Part shown: one piece after another, positions 1 through 9,860 of the stretch
Position numbering within the stretch: position 1 is the first letter of the stretch
Layout: each line of letters starts with the position of its first letter
Source of the DNA: Candidatus Pacearchaeota archaeon
GTDB lineage: Archaea; Nanobdellota; Nanobdellia; Pacearchaeales; GW2011-AR1
Reading direction: 5' to 3'
DNA length: 49,318 nt
Assembly (NCBI GenBank): GCA_016181885.1
Contig: JACOYJ010000023.1
Location: forward strand, 1-49,318
Position numbers and translations under genes: made by a program
Notes under the pieces: generated by a model
What the model saw: only the letters and a program-made list of their open reading frames with translations
The model's database searches: none
What the model was told of the DNA's origin: nothing

Positions 1-119
1 TTGTAAATATTCGTAGATGTTTGATTAGATCCATAATTTGTAGAATTGCAAAAAATAATAGCAGTCAATTATGTATTAAAATATTTAAGCGACTCAACCT
101 AGCTTCAAATAGATAAATT

Positions 120-669
120 ATGTATCAACAAAGAAAAAATAAAATTTCTGTAAAAAAAATAGCTGTTTTTTTAAAGAGAAATTATGAAGGAAAAGATTTC
201 AATGTGACTTCTTTTAGTTCACTTAATAATGTGAAAAATAATTCTATACTTTTTTATTCTGCTCTTGCAAATTCGCAGTTCAAAATAAAAGATAACATAA
301 ACTATGATCTAAAAAAATTAGAAAAATTCAAAAATATTGTTCTTATAGCTACTGATGAAATTTAAAAAAAAGTTAACATGCCAATAATTTCTTCAAAAAA
401 TCCAAGATTAGACTTTCAGCGTGTAATAATAGAATTTTTTACAGATGATGAGTTTAAAGCTGGGATCCACAAAACTGCCGTTGTTGAAAAAAACGCTATA
501 ATTGGGAAATGTGTGTATGTTGGTTCAAATTGTTACATAGGAAATAATGTAAAAATTGGTGATAAAACTAAGATATTAAGTAACACCTGTATTTATGGCA
601 AAACAGAAATTGGTTCTAATTCTGTAATACTATCCAACACCACAATCGGTAGTGAGGGATTTGGTTTTA
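120..669 (+). pseudogene. LpxD-like UDP-3-O-acylglucosamine N-acyltransferase remnant, with an in-frame stop and a 3' truncation
   Basis: An LpxD-type N-terminal domain (120-362) and left-handed beta-helix hexapeptide repeats ending IGSEGFGF (cf. LpxD IGxDGFGY) share one reading frame. They are split by TAA at 363-365. Similarity stops near 670, where the sequence becomes antisense of the FabH-like remnant. Confidence 0.5.
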
Positions 670-689
670 GTTTTAATCCGTGTTTTCTT

Positions 690-1309
690 TCAGTTGTTAG
701 GAAGCCATTTTTCCAGTCTTCGTTTCCTAAATCAGGCTCGCCTCCGATAAAACATTTTATTATTCCCTCACCTTTTCCTTTAACTCTTTCGAGTTTGTGG
801 GCTACAACTGCATCGCCGAACAAAATGCAAGTATTTCTATCGCTGTAATCGGTCATATCTGTTAAATGTTCTGCTCCCACGACAAGAATTTCTCTTTTAT
901 CTTCTTCAACTTTTAGAATATTATAGCTTTCTCTTAACGCAAAAATCAAGCCAGTGCATCCAGCAAGTGTATCGTGGGTTGCTACCTTTGCATTTAATTT
1001 TCCGGCAATATAGCTCCCAGAATTTGGAAATTCTCTTTCTTTAAAGTGCCTGTTTGTTGCAAAAATTATTTCGTCCGGATTCAAATCTTCTTGGGCATAT
1101 AAATCGAGAACTGCCTCGTCAGCCATTTGCAAAATATTTTTATCAAATGAAATTCTTCTCTCTTTCATCCCGGTTCTGTTAATTATCCATTCATCGCTTG
1201 TGTCAATTATTTTTTCAAGATCAGCGTTAGTAATAACGTTTCTATCGTTTTCGCCTCTTGGAGGAATGTAAACACCCGGAGCTGAGAGCCTTATATAATA
1301 ATTGTCCAT
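690..1309 (-). pseudogene. FabH-like 3-oxoacyl-ACP synthase III, N-terminal about two thirds only
   Basis: Contains SDEWIINRTGMKERR (FabH WIxxRTGIxxR motif), the active-site Cys context LAGCTG, and LFGDAVVA. Only about 205 FabH-like residues are present, and the His/Asn catalytic half is absent. The ORF tail (593-690) is antisense of the hexapeptide repeats. Confidence 0.5.
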
Positions 1310-1389
1310 AAACCAGTCACTTTTGTTTTATTTATATGGTTTTCTGTAGTTTTTTGCTTAGAAATGCTTAAAAATGAAAGGTATGTTTT

Positions 1390-2115
1390 ATGAAGATGGT
1401 TAAATTCATTGATGCACATGTTCATTTAGGCTCTATTCCATATAACAAAGTAGAATGGGGCAGTTTTGCAGAATATCAAAGTATTTCCAAGAAATTAGAT
1501 ATAGAAAGATATTGTGTTGTACCCATAGGTTTACCAGAAAATTTTGTTGACAATTCCACCCCCAATAACAAGATGGTTTTGCAAGAGTTAAAAAGAGACG
1601 ATTCAATAATTCCCATCTATTGGTTTAATGTTTTTGACTTGCCAAAGTCTATTGATAAAAGATATAAAGCGGTTAAATTTCATCCAGATATCGGCGAAGT
1701 TTCTATAAATGATAAAAGAGTTGTTGACTTTGTTGGTAAAATGGGTCTTCCGCTTTTTGCGCATACTAATGAGAGTAAAGATTATTCTAACCTGGGTCTG
1801 ATATCTGAATTAGCCAGAAAAGTCAGTGTTCCCGTTATTGCAGTCCATTCAGGGTCTGTTACTAGAACTTTTTTTAGATTAGATAATTATAGGTTTCCCG
1901 ATAACGTTTATTTTGAAACTTCAGGAATACAATATGCGATTATATTAAAAAAGATTTATAATATGTTTGGAGCCGAGAGGATTGTTTTTGGGAGTGATTA
2001 TCCATTTGGAGATCCAAGGGTTTCTTTGGCTATGATTGATACACTCAATTTATCTAATAAAGAACATGAATTAGTAATGAGAAATAATATCTCAGGGATT
2101 TTAAACATAAAATGA
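1390..2115 (+). CDS. Amidohydrolase-family metal-dependent hydrolase (TIM barrel)
   Basis: N-terminal IDAHVHLG metal-binding motif, internal HSGS, and C-terminal FGSDYPF. The stop overlaps the next start (ATGA at 2112-2115). Confidence 0.65.
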   Translation: MKMVKFIDAHVHLGSIPYNKVEWGSFAEYQSISKKLDIERYCVVPIGLPENFVDNSTPNNKMVLQELKRDDSIIPIYWFNVFDLPKSIDKRYKAVKFHPDIGEVSINDKRVVDFVGKMGLPLFAHTNESKDYSNLGLISELARKVSVPVIAVHSGSVTRTFFRLDNYRFPDNVYFETSGIQYAIILKKIYNMFGAERIVFGSDYPFGDPRVSLAMIDTLNLSNKEHELVMRNNISGILNIK

Positions 2116-2777
2116 AACTTGGCGATGTTGAAATTCATTGGCTTGGGCATTCCGGGTTTTTAATAAAGAATTCAAGGAATATTTACATTGACCCGTATAA
2201 TATAAAGGAAAGAGATGAGAAGGCAGACATTGTTTTGATAACTCATGGGCATTACGATCATTGCAGTTTGGATGACTTGAAAAAAGTTGTAAAAGAAGGG
2301 ACTAAGATTTTTGTTACCGCGGATGCACAAAGCAAAGTTACAAGATTCGATTTTTCAATTGATATCTCTATTGTTGAGCCTGGAATGGAAATTGATTTAG
2401 GTGAAATTAAAATTGCTACGATGCCGGCCTATAATATAGATAAGCATTTTCATCCAAAAGAAGAGGGATGGGTCGGTTATATTCTGAAATTTAATGATTT
2501 GATTATCTACCATACTGGGGATGCTGATTTAATTCCAGAAATGCAGAAACTTACTGGATTTAAACAGCCAAATAAAAGATTTATTGCTCTTCTTCCTATT
2601 GGCGGAAGATTCACTATGAGCGCAGACGAGGCTATTGAAGCTGTGAAAGTTATTCAGCCTTCTCTCGCTATTCCTATGCATTGGGGTTCGATAATTGGCA
2701 CGGAAGAAGACGCAAAAGAGTTTGTTGAAGGATGCAAGGAAGCAGGAATTGATGCAACTATCTTGGAGAAGGAGTAA
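2112..2777 (+). CDS. Metallo-beta-lactamase-fold hydrolase
   Basis: ITHGHYDHC (HxHxDH motif), later HTGD and PMHWG. Length is typical of the UPF0173-like MBL family. Confidence 0.7.
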   Translation: MKLGDVEIHWLGHSGFLIKNSRNIYIDPYNIKERDEKADIVLITHGHYDHCSLDDLKKVVKEGTKIFVTADAQSKVTRFDFSIDISIVEPGMEIDLGEIKIATMPAYNIDKHFHPKEEGWVGYILKFNDLIIYHTGDADLIPEMQKLTGFKQPNKRFIALLPIGGRFTMSADEAIEAVKVIQPSLAIPMHWGSIIGTEEDAKEFVEGCKEAGIDATILEKE

Positions 2778-2848
2778 AACTATTTTTGAATATTTTGTAA
2801 ACAATTCGAGAAGAAAAGTCTTATATACTTTAATGAATTTTATAAATT

Positions 2849-3370
2849 ATGAGAAATAATTTAGGAAAGAAATTGTTGGGCCGTTCTACGTTGTTTATTT
2901 TAGCTTCAATCTTGGCATATGGTTTGTATGATTCTAAGAGATTCATGTCACAAAATGCTAATTTTCAGAGAGCTCACAAAATGGAGAGTGTTTCTAATAA
3001 CTTAATTATCGCGAGTGGAAATCTGTCATTTTATAGGAAAAGAGTAGGCCAAGCTAAACCACCGATGATTGGCAGAATAGTAACTCATCCGCCTCATCCT
3101 GAAAGAGCAATGTATTACATAAATGAAGGTATTAAGGTGTTAGGTGACGAGGAAAGTTTTGACGATACATTAAGATTTGTATATAACTCTTTACTTGGTG
3201 CAGCTCCATTAGATACCCCATTTACAAATCAAAAAGAATTGATTGGAGAGATTATAGAATATGCTGAGAGAGAGGCCGCTTCTGCTCGTGATGCTGGTTC
3301 GAAGGACTTGCGAGATAAATATAGTGTGGATATTCCTCCCCTAAATGATATTTTTAAAGGACGTTTTTAG
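2849..3370 (+). CDS. Hypothetical protein with an N-terminal transmembrane anchor
   Basis: Long ORF with a hydrophobic N-terminus (STLFILASILAYGLY). No recognisable motif. Confidence 0.35.
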   Translation: MRNNLGKKLLGRSTLFILASILAYGLYDSKRFMSQNANFQRAHKMESVSNNLIIASGNLSFYRKRVGQAKPPMIGRIVTHPPHPERAMYYINEGIKVLGDEESFDDTLRFVYNSLLGAAPLDTPFTNQKELIGEIIEYAEREAASARDAGSKDLRDKYSVDIPPLNDIFKGRF

Positions 3371-3453
3371 TTTTCAAACCAAACATAATGATAAAGTTAA
3401 TTCCTACTTATATGTAGGAAAAAGTTTAAATATCCATTCTTACTTAGATTTCT

Positions 3454-3699
3454 ATGATAATGAGAAGAGAAATTGGAGAAAAAGGACAAGTGGTTATTCC
3501 CAAGGACATAAGGGAAATGCTGAAGCTGAAAAGAGGTGAAAGAGTTGTTTTTGAGGTTAGAGGCAATGAAGTTGTTTTAAGGCAAGAGCAAGACCCGATT
3601 GAGTTTTTAGAAAACTTTTTAAACACTCCAAAAATTAAGAGAGGCAAGAAATCAATTAAAAAGATGATTTTAGAGCAATATGAAGAAGGGCTACATTGA
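3454..3699 (+). CDS. vapB: AbrB/SpoVT-domain antitoxin (VapB-like)
   Basis: GQVVIPKDIREMLKLKRGERVVFEV is a swapped-hairpin AbrB motif. The gene overlaps the downstream PIN gene by 20 nt. Confidence 0.7.
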   Translation: MIMRREIGEKGQVVIPKDIREMLKLKRGERVVFEVRGNEVVLRQEQDPIEFLENFLNTPKIKRGKKSIKKMILEQYEEGLH

Positions 3700-4084
3700 T
3701 TCTAATATTTTTTTGAATCCAATATTGTATGGCGATAAAAAAGCAGAAGCTTATAAAAAAATACTGAACAATATCATTAATAATGGCTTTTATGCCGTCA
3801 CTTCTGTTTTAACTTGGGATGAAGTAGTTTTTATTATTGGGAAAAAAATTGGGAGAGATTTGGCGGTTAAAGAAGGCAGGAAGTTTTTAGCGTTCCCAAA
3901 TTTGTTTTTTGTTAGCGTTAGTATGGATATTGTTTTAAGGGCACAGAAAATAATTGAAAAATATAACTTAAAACCTAGGGATGCAATACATATTGCGACT
4001 GCTTTATCTCAAGGATGCAACGAAATAGTATCTGATGATGCTGATTTTGATAAGGTAAAGGAAATAAAAAGAGTTGGTTTTTAG
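3680..4084 (+). CDS. vapC: PIN-domain ribonuclease toxin (VapC-like)
   Basis: Acidic residues at the PIN positions: N-terminal IDSNIF, WDEV, RDAIHIATAL, and IVSDDADFD near the C-terminus. Confidence 0.7.
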   Translation: MKKGYIDSNIFLNPILYGDKKAEAYKKILNNIINNGFYAVTSVLTWDEVVFIIGKKIGRDLAVKEGRKFLAFPNLFFVSVSMDIVLRAQKIIEKYNLKPRDAIHIATALSQGCNEIVSDDADFDKVKEIKRVGF

Positions 4085-4138
4085 TTAAGTATATAAGATT
4101 TGTTGTGTTGCGTTATAACAAAATGGAGAAGGAATAAA

Positions 4139-4813
4139 ATGTCCATAAGGGGAATTAAAAGTTCTGTTGATGATAAAATTCCTGTAAACACAATTTTGGT
4201 TAGCGTGTTTGATAAGGAAGGAATTTCTGATTTTGTTAATGAGTTAATAAAGATAAATCCAAATCTATGCATAGTTTCTAGCGGAGGGACTTATAGCCAT
4301 CTTAAGAAATATTTTGAAAAGAATATCGTGGAAGTTTCTGATTATACAGCATTTCCTGAGATGGAGGGCGGGCTAGTTAAAACATTACATCCCAAGATTT
4401 ATGTGGGGATTTTGGGAGAAAGAAACAATATTGAACATAAGAGATATCTAGAATCTATTGGCGGGAAATATATTGACATGGTTATTGTTAACCTTTATCC
4501 ATTTAGTGAAGTTATTACAAGAGAAAATTCTATTTTTGAAGATGCTCGGGGAAATATTGATATTGGAGGACCGGCATCCCTTAGAGCAGCTGCTAAGAAC
4601 TTTTTGGGCTGTGTTGCAGTTTGTGGTTTGGATGATTATGCTCCTTTGGTTAATGAAATAAGAAAAGGCGGTGGAACAACATTAGCTACAAGATTTAAAT
4701 TATCCATAAAAACCCTTAAAAAAATTGCTGATTATGATGCGCAAATTGCAAGTTATTTTTCTCGATTTGATTTGGAATCTCAAGGCGTAGTAGATAATTA
4801 TTTAACTAAATGA
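4139..4813 (+). CDS. purH: Stand-alone IMP cyclohydrolase (MGS-like) domain of PurH
   Basis: ILVSVFDKEG, VSSGGT, GGLVKTLHPKI, IDMVIVNLYPF and NIDIGGPASLRAAAKNF match the N-terminal IMPCH half of PurH. No AICARFT half follows. The ATG at 4139 is preferred over the TTG at 4100. Confidence 0.7.
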   Translation: MSIRGIKSSVDDKIPVNTILVSVFDKEGISDFVNELIKINPNLCIVSSGGTYSHLKKYFEKNIVEVSDYTAFPEMEGGLVKTLHPKIYVGILGERNNIEHKRYLESIGGKYIDMVIVNLYPFSEVITRENSIFEDARGNIDIGGPASLRAAAKNFLGCVAVCGLDDYAPLVNEIRKGGGTTLATRFKLSIKTLKKIADYDAQIASYFSRFDLESQGVVDNYLTK

Positions 4814-4833
4814 ATCTTTATTTTTTAGGTAAA

Positions 4834-5118
4834 ATGCCATTAGAAAATTATCTTTTAATGAATGTGAAAGAAAGAGCTTCTGCTGTTGAGAAATTTATTA
4901 ATGATGTTGTTGTTCCTGCAGTCCAGATGGACGGGGGAAATATAGAGTTTATTGGATTAGAAGGAGACAAAGTCAAGGTTGCTTTGTACGGGGCGTGCAG
5001 CAGCTGTTCTATGACTGGGGCAACTCTTTATAGGGGAGTTCAAGAGATGCTTAGAAACGAAATTTATGAAAACTTAATGGTCGAAGATGCCACACCTCAT
5101 CCGTCGGTGGGGTGGTGA
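4834..5118 (+). CDS. NifU-like Fe-S cluster assembly domain protein
   Basis: VVPAVQMDGGNIEFIGLEGDKVKVALYGACSSCSMTGATL matches the NifU C-terminal CxxC domain. The start is uncertain (4810, 4834 or 4858). Confidence 0.65.
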   Translation: MPLENYLLMNVKERASAVEKFINDVVVPAVQMDGGNIEFIGLEGDKVKVALYGACSSCSMTGATLYRGVQEMLRNEIYENLMVEDATPHPSVGW

Positions 5119-5356
5119 AATAAAAATTAAAAAGAAATCAAAAAAAGAAAAAATTATAGAGTTAGATGGTGCAAACATGGATATTGATTTAATTCCAAAG
5201 AAGAATTTAAGTTGGAAACAAGATAAATGTCCATGGAATGTTGAAGAGGGAAAAAATATTCACAAATGTGCTGTGAAAGATGTTTCTATATGCAAATATT
5301 TTCGTGGAATTATAAGGGATGATGCAGTTTTATGTGCTTATGCTGGGAAAAAATAA
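5087..5356 (+). CDS. Small Cys-containing hypothetical protein
   Basis: ORF with five Cys residues (CPWN, HKC, ICKY, LCAY). It may start at the internal Met (MDIDL, near 5177). Confidence 0.25.
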   Translation: MPHLIRRWGGEIKIKKKSKKEKIIELDGANMDIDLIPKKNLSWKQDKCPWNVEEGKNIHKCAVKDVSICKYFRGIIRDDAVLCAYAGKK

Positions 5357-5372
5357 TAAAAAACTTTGATAG

Positions 5373-5675
5373 TTAGTTTTTTAGAAATTTATTAGAGAAT
5401 TTATTCAGCAAACTTAATATAGCTATCCCAAATACAATTAAAAGTATTGTGTAAAAAACAATCCCTATTATCTTGTTTATTGGGTTTGGGTCGCTAAAAT
5501 TATTAAAATTATTTTTTAATAAATCATCTGCTAGTTGATATAATATAACTGAAGTTACAATAATGATTGCCTGAAAATTTAATTGCTTTCTAGAGAATAA
5601 GCTTTTATTTTTCATATTAAGAATATTTTTCTCAGCTGTCCACATAAAAAATGTTTGTTCCTTGTTCGAACCCAT
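5373..5675 (-). CDS. Hypothetical membrane protein
   Basis: Two hydrophobic segments. The ORF lies directly downstream of, and overlaps, the Cys-rich protein gene. Confidence 0.3.
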   Translation of the reverse strand: MGSNKEQTFFMWTAEKNILNMKNKSLFSRKQLNFQAIIIVTSVILYQLADDLLKNNFNNFSDPNPINKIIGIVFYTILLIVFGIAILSLLNKFSNKFLKN

Positions 5676-6504
5676 TTTCAGTTACCACTTCTTCAACACT
5701 GATTTGTCTACCATCCTTGGCATAAATTTCGGAATAATCCAGCCAGTTTTCATTATAGTTTGGACTTTGCCCAACGTTTAATTTTATGCATACATCTGCC
5801 ATCTTTGTAACTGCCCTTGTTTTCTCAATGTTTTTATACACAATAACATTTTCGCAGATTCTCTTTTGAGGAACCCCGATAATCCTTTTGCTACAACCTT
5901 TACTTTCTCCAGCGTTGTAAACAAAACTCCACGTTGCAATATTTGATTTGGTGGGTTGCACATAAACCTGTACTTCTTTAACTAATTCTCCAAGGCGATT
6001 AAAATCATCATCCCAAATATAGCCCTCAACTTTCCAAACCCCTGGTTCATCATCTATGTTCTCTATTTTTAAATCACACTTCTGTTCATATTTGGTGCAA
6101 GCATAATGAGTACATCTTTCTGCAAATTGGATGCAATTTCCAAGCCAGTTTTTGTCAACACAATATTGTTCATGTTGGTCGCATATTTCGTTAATACATT
6201 GTCGAGGATTATTTTGCCACTCTTCTAAATATTTTAAAGGAATTTCTTTACATTGTTTCTCGGTGAAGGGTAAGCTTTCAGTATATTGTTCAGTAGTTTC
6301 ATAAGACTGCTGTTTACATTCTAATTTACTCGTTGCTTCATTTATACTTCCAATAACATTTCCAGTTAGTTTTCCTTTTCCAAAAATACCATCTGCAATA
6401 AAGATTAATCCAAAAATGGCTATTACAAGTACGCCCCAATACACAATAGTCATAAAACGAGACTTGGTTTTTCCTTGATAGGTTACTAAATCATCTTCAG
6501 CCAT
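5632..6504 (-). CDS. Cys-rich extracellular protein with an N-terminal membrane anchor
   Basis: N-terminal TM segment (YWGVLVIAIFGLIFIADGIF) followed by about 14 Cys residues in CxxxxC-type spacings. No known catalytic motif. Confidence 0.4.
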   Translation of the reverse strand: MAEDDLVTYQGKTKSRFMTIVYWGVLVIAIFGLIFIADGIFGKGKLTGNVIGSINEATSKLECKQQSYETTEQYTESLPFTEKQCKEIPLKYLEEWQNNPRQCINEICDQHEQYCVDKNWLGNCIQFAERCTHYACTKYEQKCDLKIENIDDEPGVWKVEGYIWDDDFNRLGELVKEVQVYVQPTKSNIATWSFVYNAGESKGCSKRIIGVPQKRICENVIVYKNIEKTRAVTKMADVCIKLNVGQSPNYNENWLDYSEIYAKDGRQISVEEVVTENGFEQGTNIFYVDS

Positions 6505-6600
6505 GCTATTTGTTTATTTGTGGGGTATATAAATATTTTGGTAATTAGTTAGTAAGTCGTTAATGACTAATGAATTAAATATTAGTAAGCCATTAGTTAT

Positions 6601-6858
6601 ATGAAAGATGATTATTCTCTAATCAGTTTTATTTTGAGAGGCAAGAGGAGAAAAACTGTTCTAAAATGCTTGAATTCTCCGAAGATTCCAAAAGATATTG
6701 CTACCGAATGCAACTTAAGCATCTCCAACGTTTCAAACACCCTTCCAGAATTAGTTAAAAAAGGCCTTGTTAAATGTAAAAATCCAAAAGACCACTATTA
6801 TAAGTATTACGAGCTAACTAATCTTGGAAATAACTTGCTGAAAAAATTGAATTTATAA
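6601..6858 (+). CDS. Winged-helix transcriptional regulator (ArsR/MarR-like)
   Basis: Small protein with an HTH-like PKDIATECNLSISNVSNTLPELVKKGLV segment and a C-terminal wing (YYKYYELT). Confidence 0.5.
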   Translation: MKDDYSLISFILRGKRRKTVLKCLNSPKIPKDIATECNLSISNVSNTLPELVKKGLVKCKNPKDHYYKYYELTNLGNNLLKKLNL

Positions 6859-6884
6859 TTTTTCTTTTTAAAAATTATGAAAAG

Positions 6885-7496
6885 TTAGCAACTGCATAAT
6901 TTTTCTTCTTTTAACGCATTATAACCTTCCCTAAACAAAAATACCACTATTATTAATCCAACAATTGGGTCTGCCTGCCATAAGCCGAATAAGTAATTTA
7001 GCCCCAACCCAGCCAATAAGGCAATAGACAAGAAAATGCATGCAAGCGTTTGTTTAGAGTCTAATAGCAAACTTCTGCTGTTTATCGACGTTCCTATTTT
7101 ATATTTAGAATAAAACAAAGACAGCATAATTACTATAGATATTACGGGAATAATCAATCCAAAAAGGTTTGGGTCTGGTTTTTCCTGCATATAAATTTTT
7201 TTGATTGATTCGTACAAAACATAAAGCCCCAGGATGAAGAAAGCGTAAGCTATAAGTTTTATGGCTCTTTTTTCAGCCTTTTCTTCTTCAATTTCAGAAA
7301 TTCTTCCGTGCTTTTTAAATCTCCAGATTATTATTCCTCCAGACAAAGATTCAACAAAACTGTCTAAACCAAAACCAACTAATGCGATGCTTTTTGACAA
7401 TAGTCCAATGAAAATTGATAATATTCCTTCCAGTATATTGTAAAAAACTGTGAAATAAGATAGAATTAATGTTCTTTTATGTAATGATAATTCCAT
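6885..7496 (-). CDS. Cation-efflux (CDF-like) membrane protein, transmembrane domain only
   Basis: About six hydrophobic helices. SKSIALVGFGLDSFVESLSG resembles the metal-binding TM2 motif of CDF transporters. Confidence 0.45.
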   Translation of the reverse strand: MELSLHKRTLILSYFTVFYNILEGILSIFIGLLSKSIALVGFGLDSFVESLSGGIIIWRFKKHGRISEIEEEKAEKRAIKLIAYAFFILGLYVLYESIKKIYMQEKPDPNLFGLIIPVISIVIMLSLFYSKYKIGTSINSRSLLLDSKQTLACIFLSIALLAGLGLNYLFGLWQADPIVGLIIVVFLFREGYNALKEEKLCSC

Positions 7497-7692
7497 TTTA
7501 ATATTATTTAGCTTAAGTTTTTAATTAATTTTACGAAACTTTATCAAAACAACACCGCTTCTTGAGAATAAAAAAGTTTAAATAGAAGAAGTGAATAACT
7601 TTTTTATAATATTAATTGACGCCAATCAATTAATATCCTTTGCATGCAGAGGTGTTTCCTCATTTATTCTAACTAGTTAGCAGTGTGCTAAC

Positions 7693-7700
7693 TATATAAA
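7693..7700 (+). promoter_or_regulatory. Candidate TATA box upstream of ftsZ
   Basis: TATATAAA lies 74 nt upstream of the ftsZ ATG. GGAGG at 7754-7758 is a plausible ribosome-binding site. Confidence 0.3.
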
Positions 7701-7773
7701 CCTTTCGCGAAGACGAAAGCATCTTGTTTAGCAAGGTGTTTAGAAAGCTGAAAGGAGGTATAAAAAAAGAAAA

Positions 7774-8853
7774 ATGGTATTAGATTTTGCAAAAGAAGCA
7801 ATTCAGAATGCGGATTCGCACAGCATTAATTTTGACGAGTTGAGAGCTGGAAAAGCTAACATCAAAGTTGTTGGTGTTGGCGGGATGGGTTGCAATGCAG
7901 TTACATGGCTTTACAACAAAGGAATTAGCGGCGCTACTATTTTAGGGGCAAATACAGACGCCCTGCACTTGAGCGTTACAAAAGCCGATGATAAAATCCT
8001 TATTGGCAAAGAGCTTACAAGAGGATTGGGATGCGGCGGAATGCCTCAAAGAGGCAGAGAAGCTGCTAAAGAAGCTCTGGTTGACCTTAAGAAAGCTGTT
8101 GCCAATGCAGACATGGTGTTCGTAATTACTGGCGAAGGCGGCGGCACTGGCACTGGCGCTGCTCCGGTTATTGCTCAGCTTGCAAAGGAAACTGGCGCTG
8201 TTGTTATTGGAGTGGTTACAATGCCTTTTGAATCCGAGAAAGCCAGAATTGACAAGGCTGAATTTGGATTACAGGAGCTTAGGGAAAATTCCAACACTTG
8301 CATCGTTCTTGACAACAACAGGCTTGTAGATATTGCAGGACAATTGCCTATTGAACAGGCTTTTGCTGTTGCCAACGAGTTGGTTTCAACTATGGTTAAG
8401 GGTATTGTAGAAACAATTACTCTTCCAAGCTTGATTAACCTTGACTATGCTGACGTTTCTGCTATCATGAAAGATGGCGGTGTTGCAGTTATTGGCATTG
8501 GTGAAGCAGATACACAAGACCGTGTTAACGAAGCTGTAAAGCAAGCGCTTACACATCCTCTACTTGACGTGGATTACAAGGGCGCTACTGGAGCTTTGAT
8601 ACACATAACTTGCGGACCTGACTTGAAGCTTGAAGAGTTCGACCAAATCGGCAGACTTGTTTCTGATAACTTAGGGCCAGAAGCCCAGGTTATTATTGGA
8701 GCAAGAATAAGCAAAGAGTTTGCGGGCAGAGTAAGAGTTATAACTATTATGACTGGCGTTAAATCTCCGTATGTTCTTGGGAGAGACACTGAAGACAGGG
8801 TTCATGGAGCTTCGAGAGAAATGTCTGATCTTGGAATAGAGGTTTGGAGATAA
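7774..8853 (+). CDS. ftsZ: Cell division GTPase FtsZ
   Basis: Tubulin signature GEGGGTGTGAAPVIAQLAKE, plus NTDALHL, VVTMPFESE and IVLDNNRL. Confidence 0.95.
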   Translation: MVLDFAKEAIQNADSHSINFDELRAGKANIKVVGVGGMGCNAVTWLYNKGISGATILGANTDALHLSVTKADDKILIGKELTRGLGCGGMPQRGREAAKEALVDLKKAVANADMVFVITGEGGGTGTGAAPVIAQLAKETGAVVIGVVTMPFESEKARIDKAEFGLQELRENSNTCIVLDNNRLVDIAGQLPIEQAFAVANELVSTMVKGIVETITLPSLINLDYADVSAIMKDGGVAVIGIGEADTQDRVNEAVKQALTHPLLDVDYKGATGALIHITCGPDLKLEEFDQIGRLVSDNLGPEAQVIIGARISKEFAGRVRVITIMTGVKSPYVLGRDTEDRVHGASREMSDLGIEVWR

Positions 8854-8876
8854 AACTCTAGAACGCATTAATTAAA

Positions 8877-8910
8877 TTTTTTTATTTTTTCTTTTCTTTT
8901 CTTTTTTATT
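8877..8910 (+). terminator. Oligo-T tract downstream of ftsZ (archaeal-type terminator candidate)
   Basis: Runs of T (TTTTTTT, TTTTTT, TTTT, TTTT, TTTTTT) start 24 nt after the ftsZ stop. Confidence 0.35.
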
Positions 8911-9044
8911 GACTTGCCGAGAGGCTTGGGGATATTTTCAGTTCAAACTTAAAAAATCAAATATTGAGAATACATGTTTAAAAGGTGTTGTAAGGAATAG
9001 AAAGATCTATAAACTTGAACTGATCTACTTAGAAATAAAAGACG

Positions 9045-9860
9045 ATGAAAACTACACATAAAATAATTTTAGGCAATGCGTTAAAAGTTCTCAAAACTCT
9101 TCCAGATAATTCAGTCGATCTTGTATTTGCTGATCCACCTTATAATATGTCTAAAAAGAAGGGATTAGCATGGAAATATAGTAAACATGTGACTATGCAA
9201 GAAGGTTGGGACATGTTTTCAAAAGACGAATACTTTAAATTTAGTCGTGAATGGTTATCCGAATGTTTCAGGATTCTAAAACATGGCGGTAGCTTATGGG
9301 TTTCTGGTAGTTTTCATAATATTTATCAAACTGGCTTTATAATTCAAGAGTTTAATCAAGATGTTAAGATAAATAACAGCATCGTCTGGTTTAAACCAAA
9401 TGCACAGCCCAATATTACCTGCAGGTTTTTTACAGAGAGTACCGAGCATCTTATTTGGGCATCGAAAAATGGTGATGGAAAAAAGTGGAAATTTAATTAT
9501 GCTTGGAGTAAGGAGATAACAGATCCAATCAATCCAAAAGGGAAACAAACTAGAAATGTTTGGAGTATCCCCCTAACTCCCAAAACCGAAAAATGGGCCG
9601 GAGCACACCCAACTCAAAAACCATTTGAATTATTGAAGAGGATAATACTTTCTTGTACTGACGAAGGAGATTTAGTCTTAGATCCTTTCGTTGGATCAGG
9701 GACAACATCTGTTGTTGCTAAATATTATGGAAGAAATTCTATTGGGATAGAAGTGGACAGAAAATATTTAGAAATAATTAAAAGAAGGTTGAGCAAAGAT
9801 CATAAAACTTTTACCGATGGAGAGACTGAAATCTTCTTTGAAGAGTTTAAGGAGAATTAG
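9045..9860 (+). CDS. Beta-class N6-adenine/N4-cytosine DNA methyltransferase
   Basis: Motif IV FADPPYN lies near the N-terminus and motif I DPFVGSGTT near the C-terminus, with HPTQKPFELL between them. The DPPY form favours an N6-adenine enzyme. Confidence 0.85.
   Translation: MKTTHKIILGNALKVLKTLPDNSVDLVFADPPYNMSKKKGLAWKYSKHVTMQEGWDMFSKDEYFKFSREWLSECFRILKHGGSLWVSGSFHNIYQTGFIIQEFNQDVKINNSIVWFKPNAQPNITCRFFTESTEHLIWASKNGDGKKWKFNYAWSKEITDPINPKGKQTRNVWSIPLTPKTEKWAGAHPTQKPFELLKRIILSCTDEGDLVLDPFVGSGTTSVVAKYYGRNSIGIEVDRKYLEIIKRRLSKDHKTFTDGETEIFFEEFKEN

Noticed and set aside
8877-8910. T/CT-rich repetitive tract considered as a possible repeat array or CRISPR-like feature.
   Set aside because: It is simple homopolymer/oligo-T sequence with no repeat-spacer periodicity. 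No CRISPR array is evident anywhere in the window.
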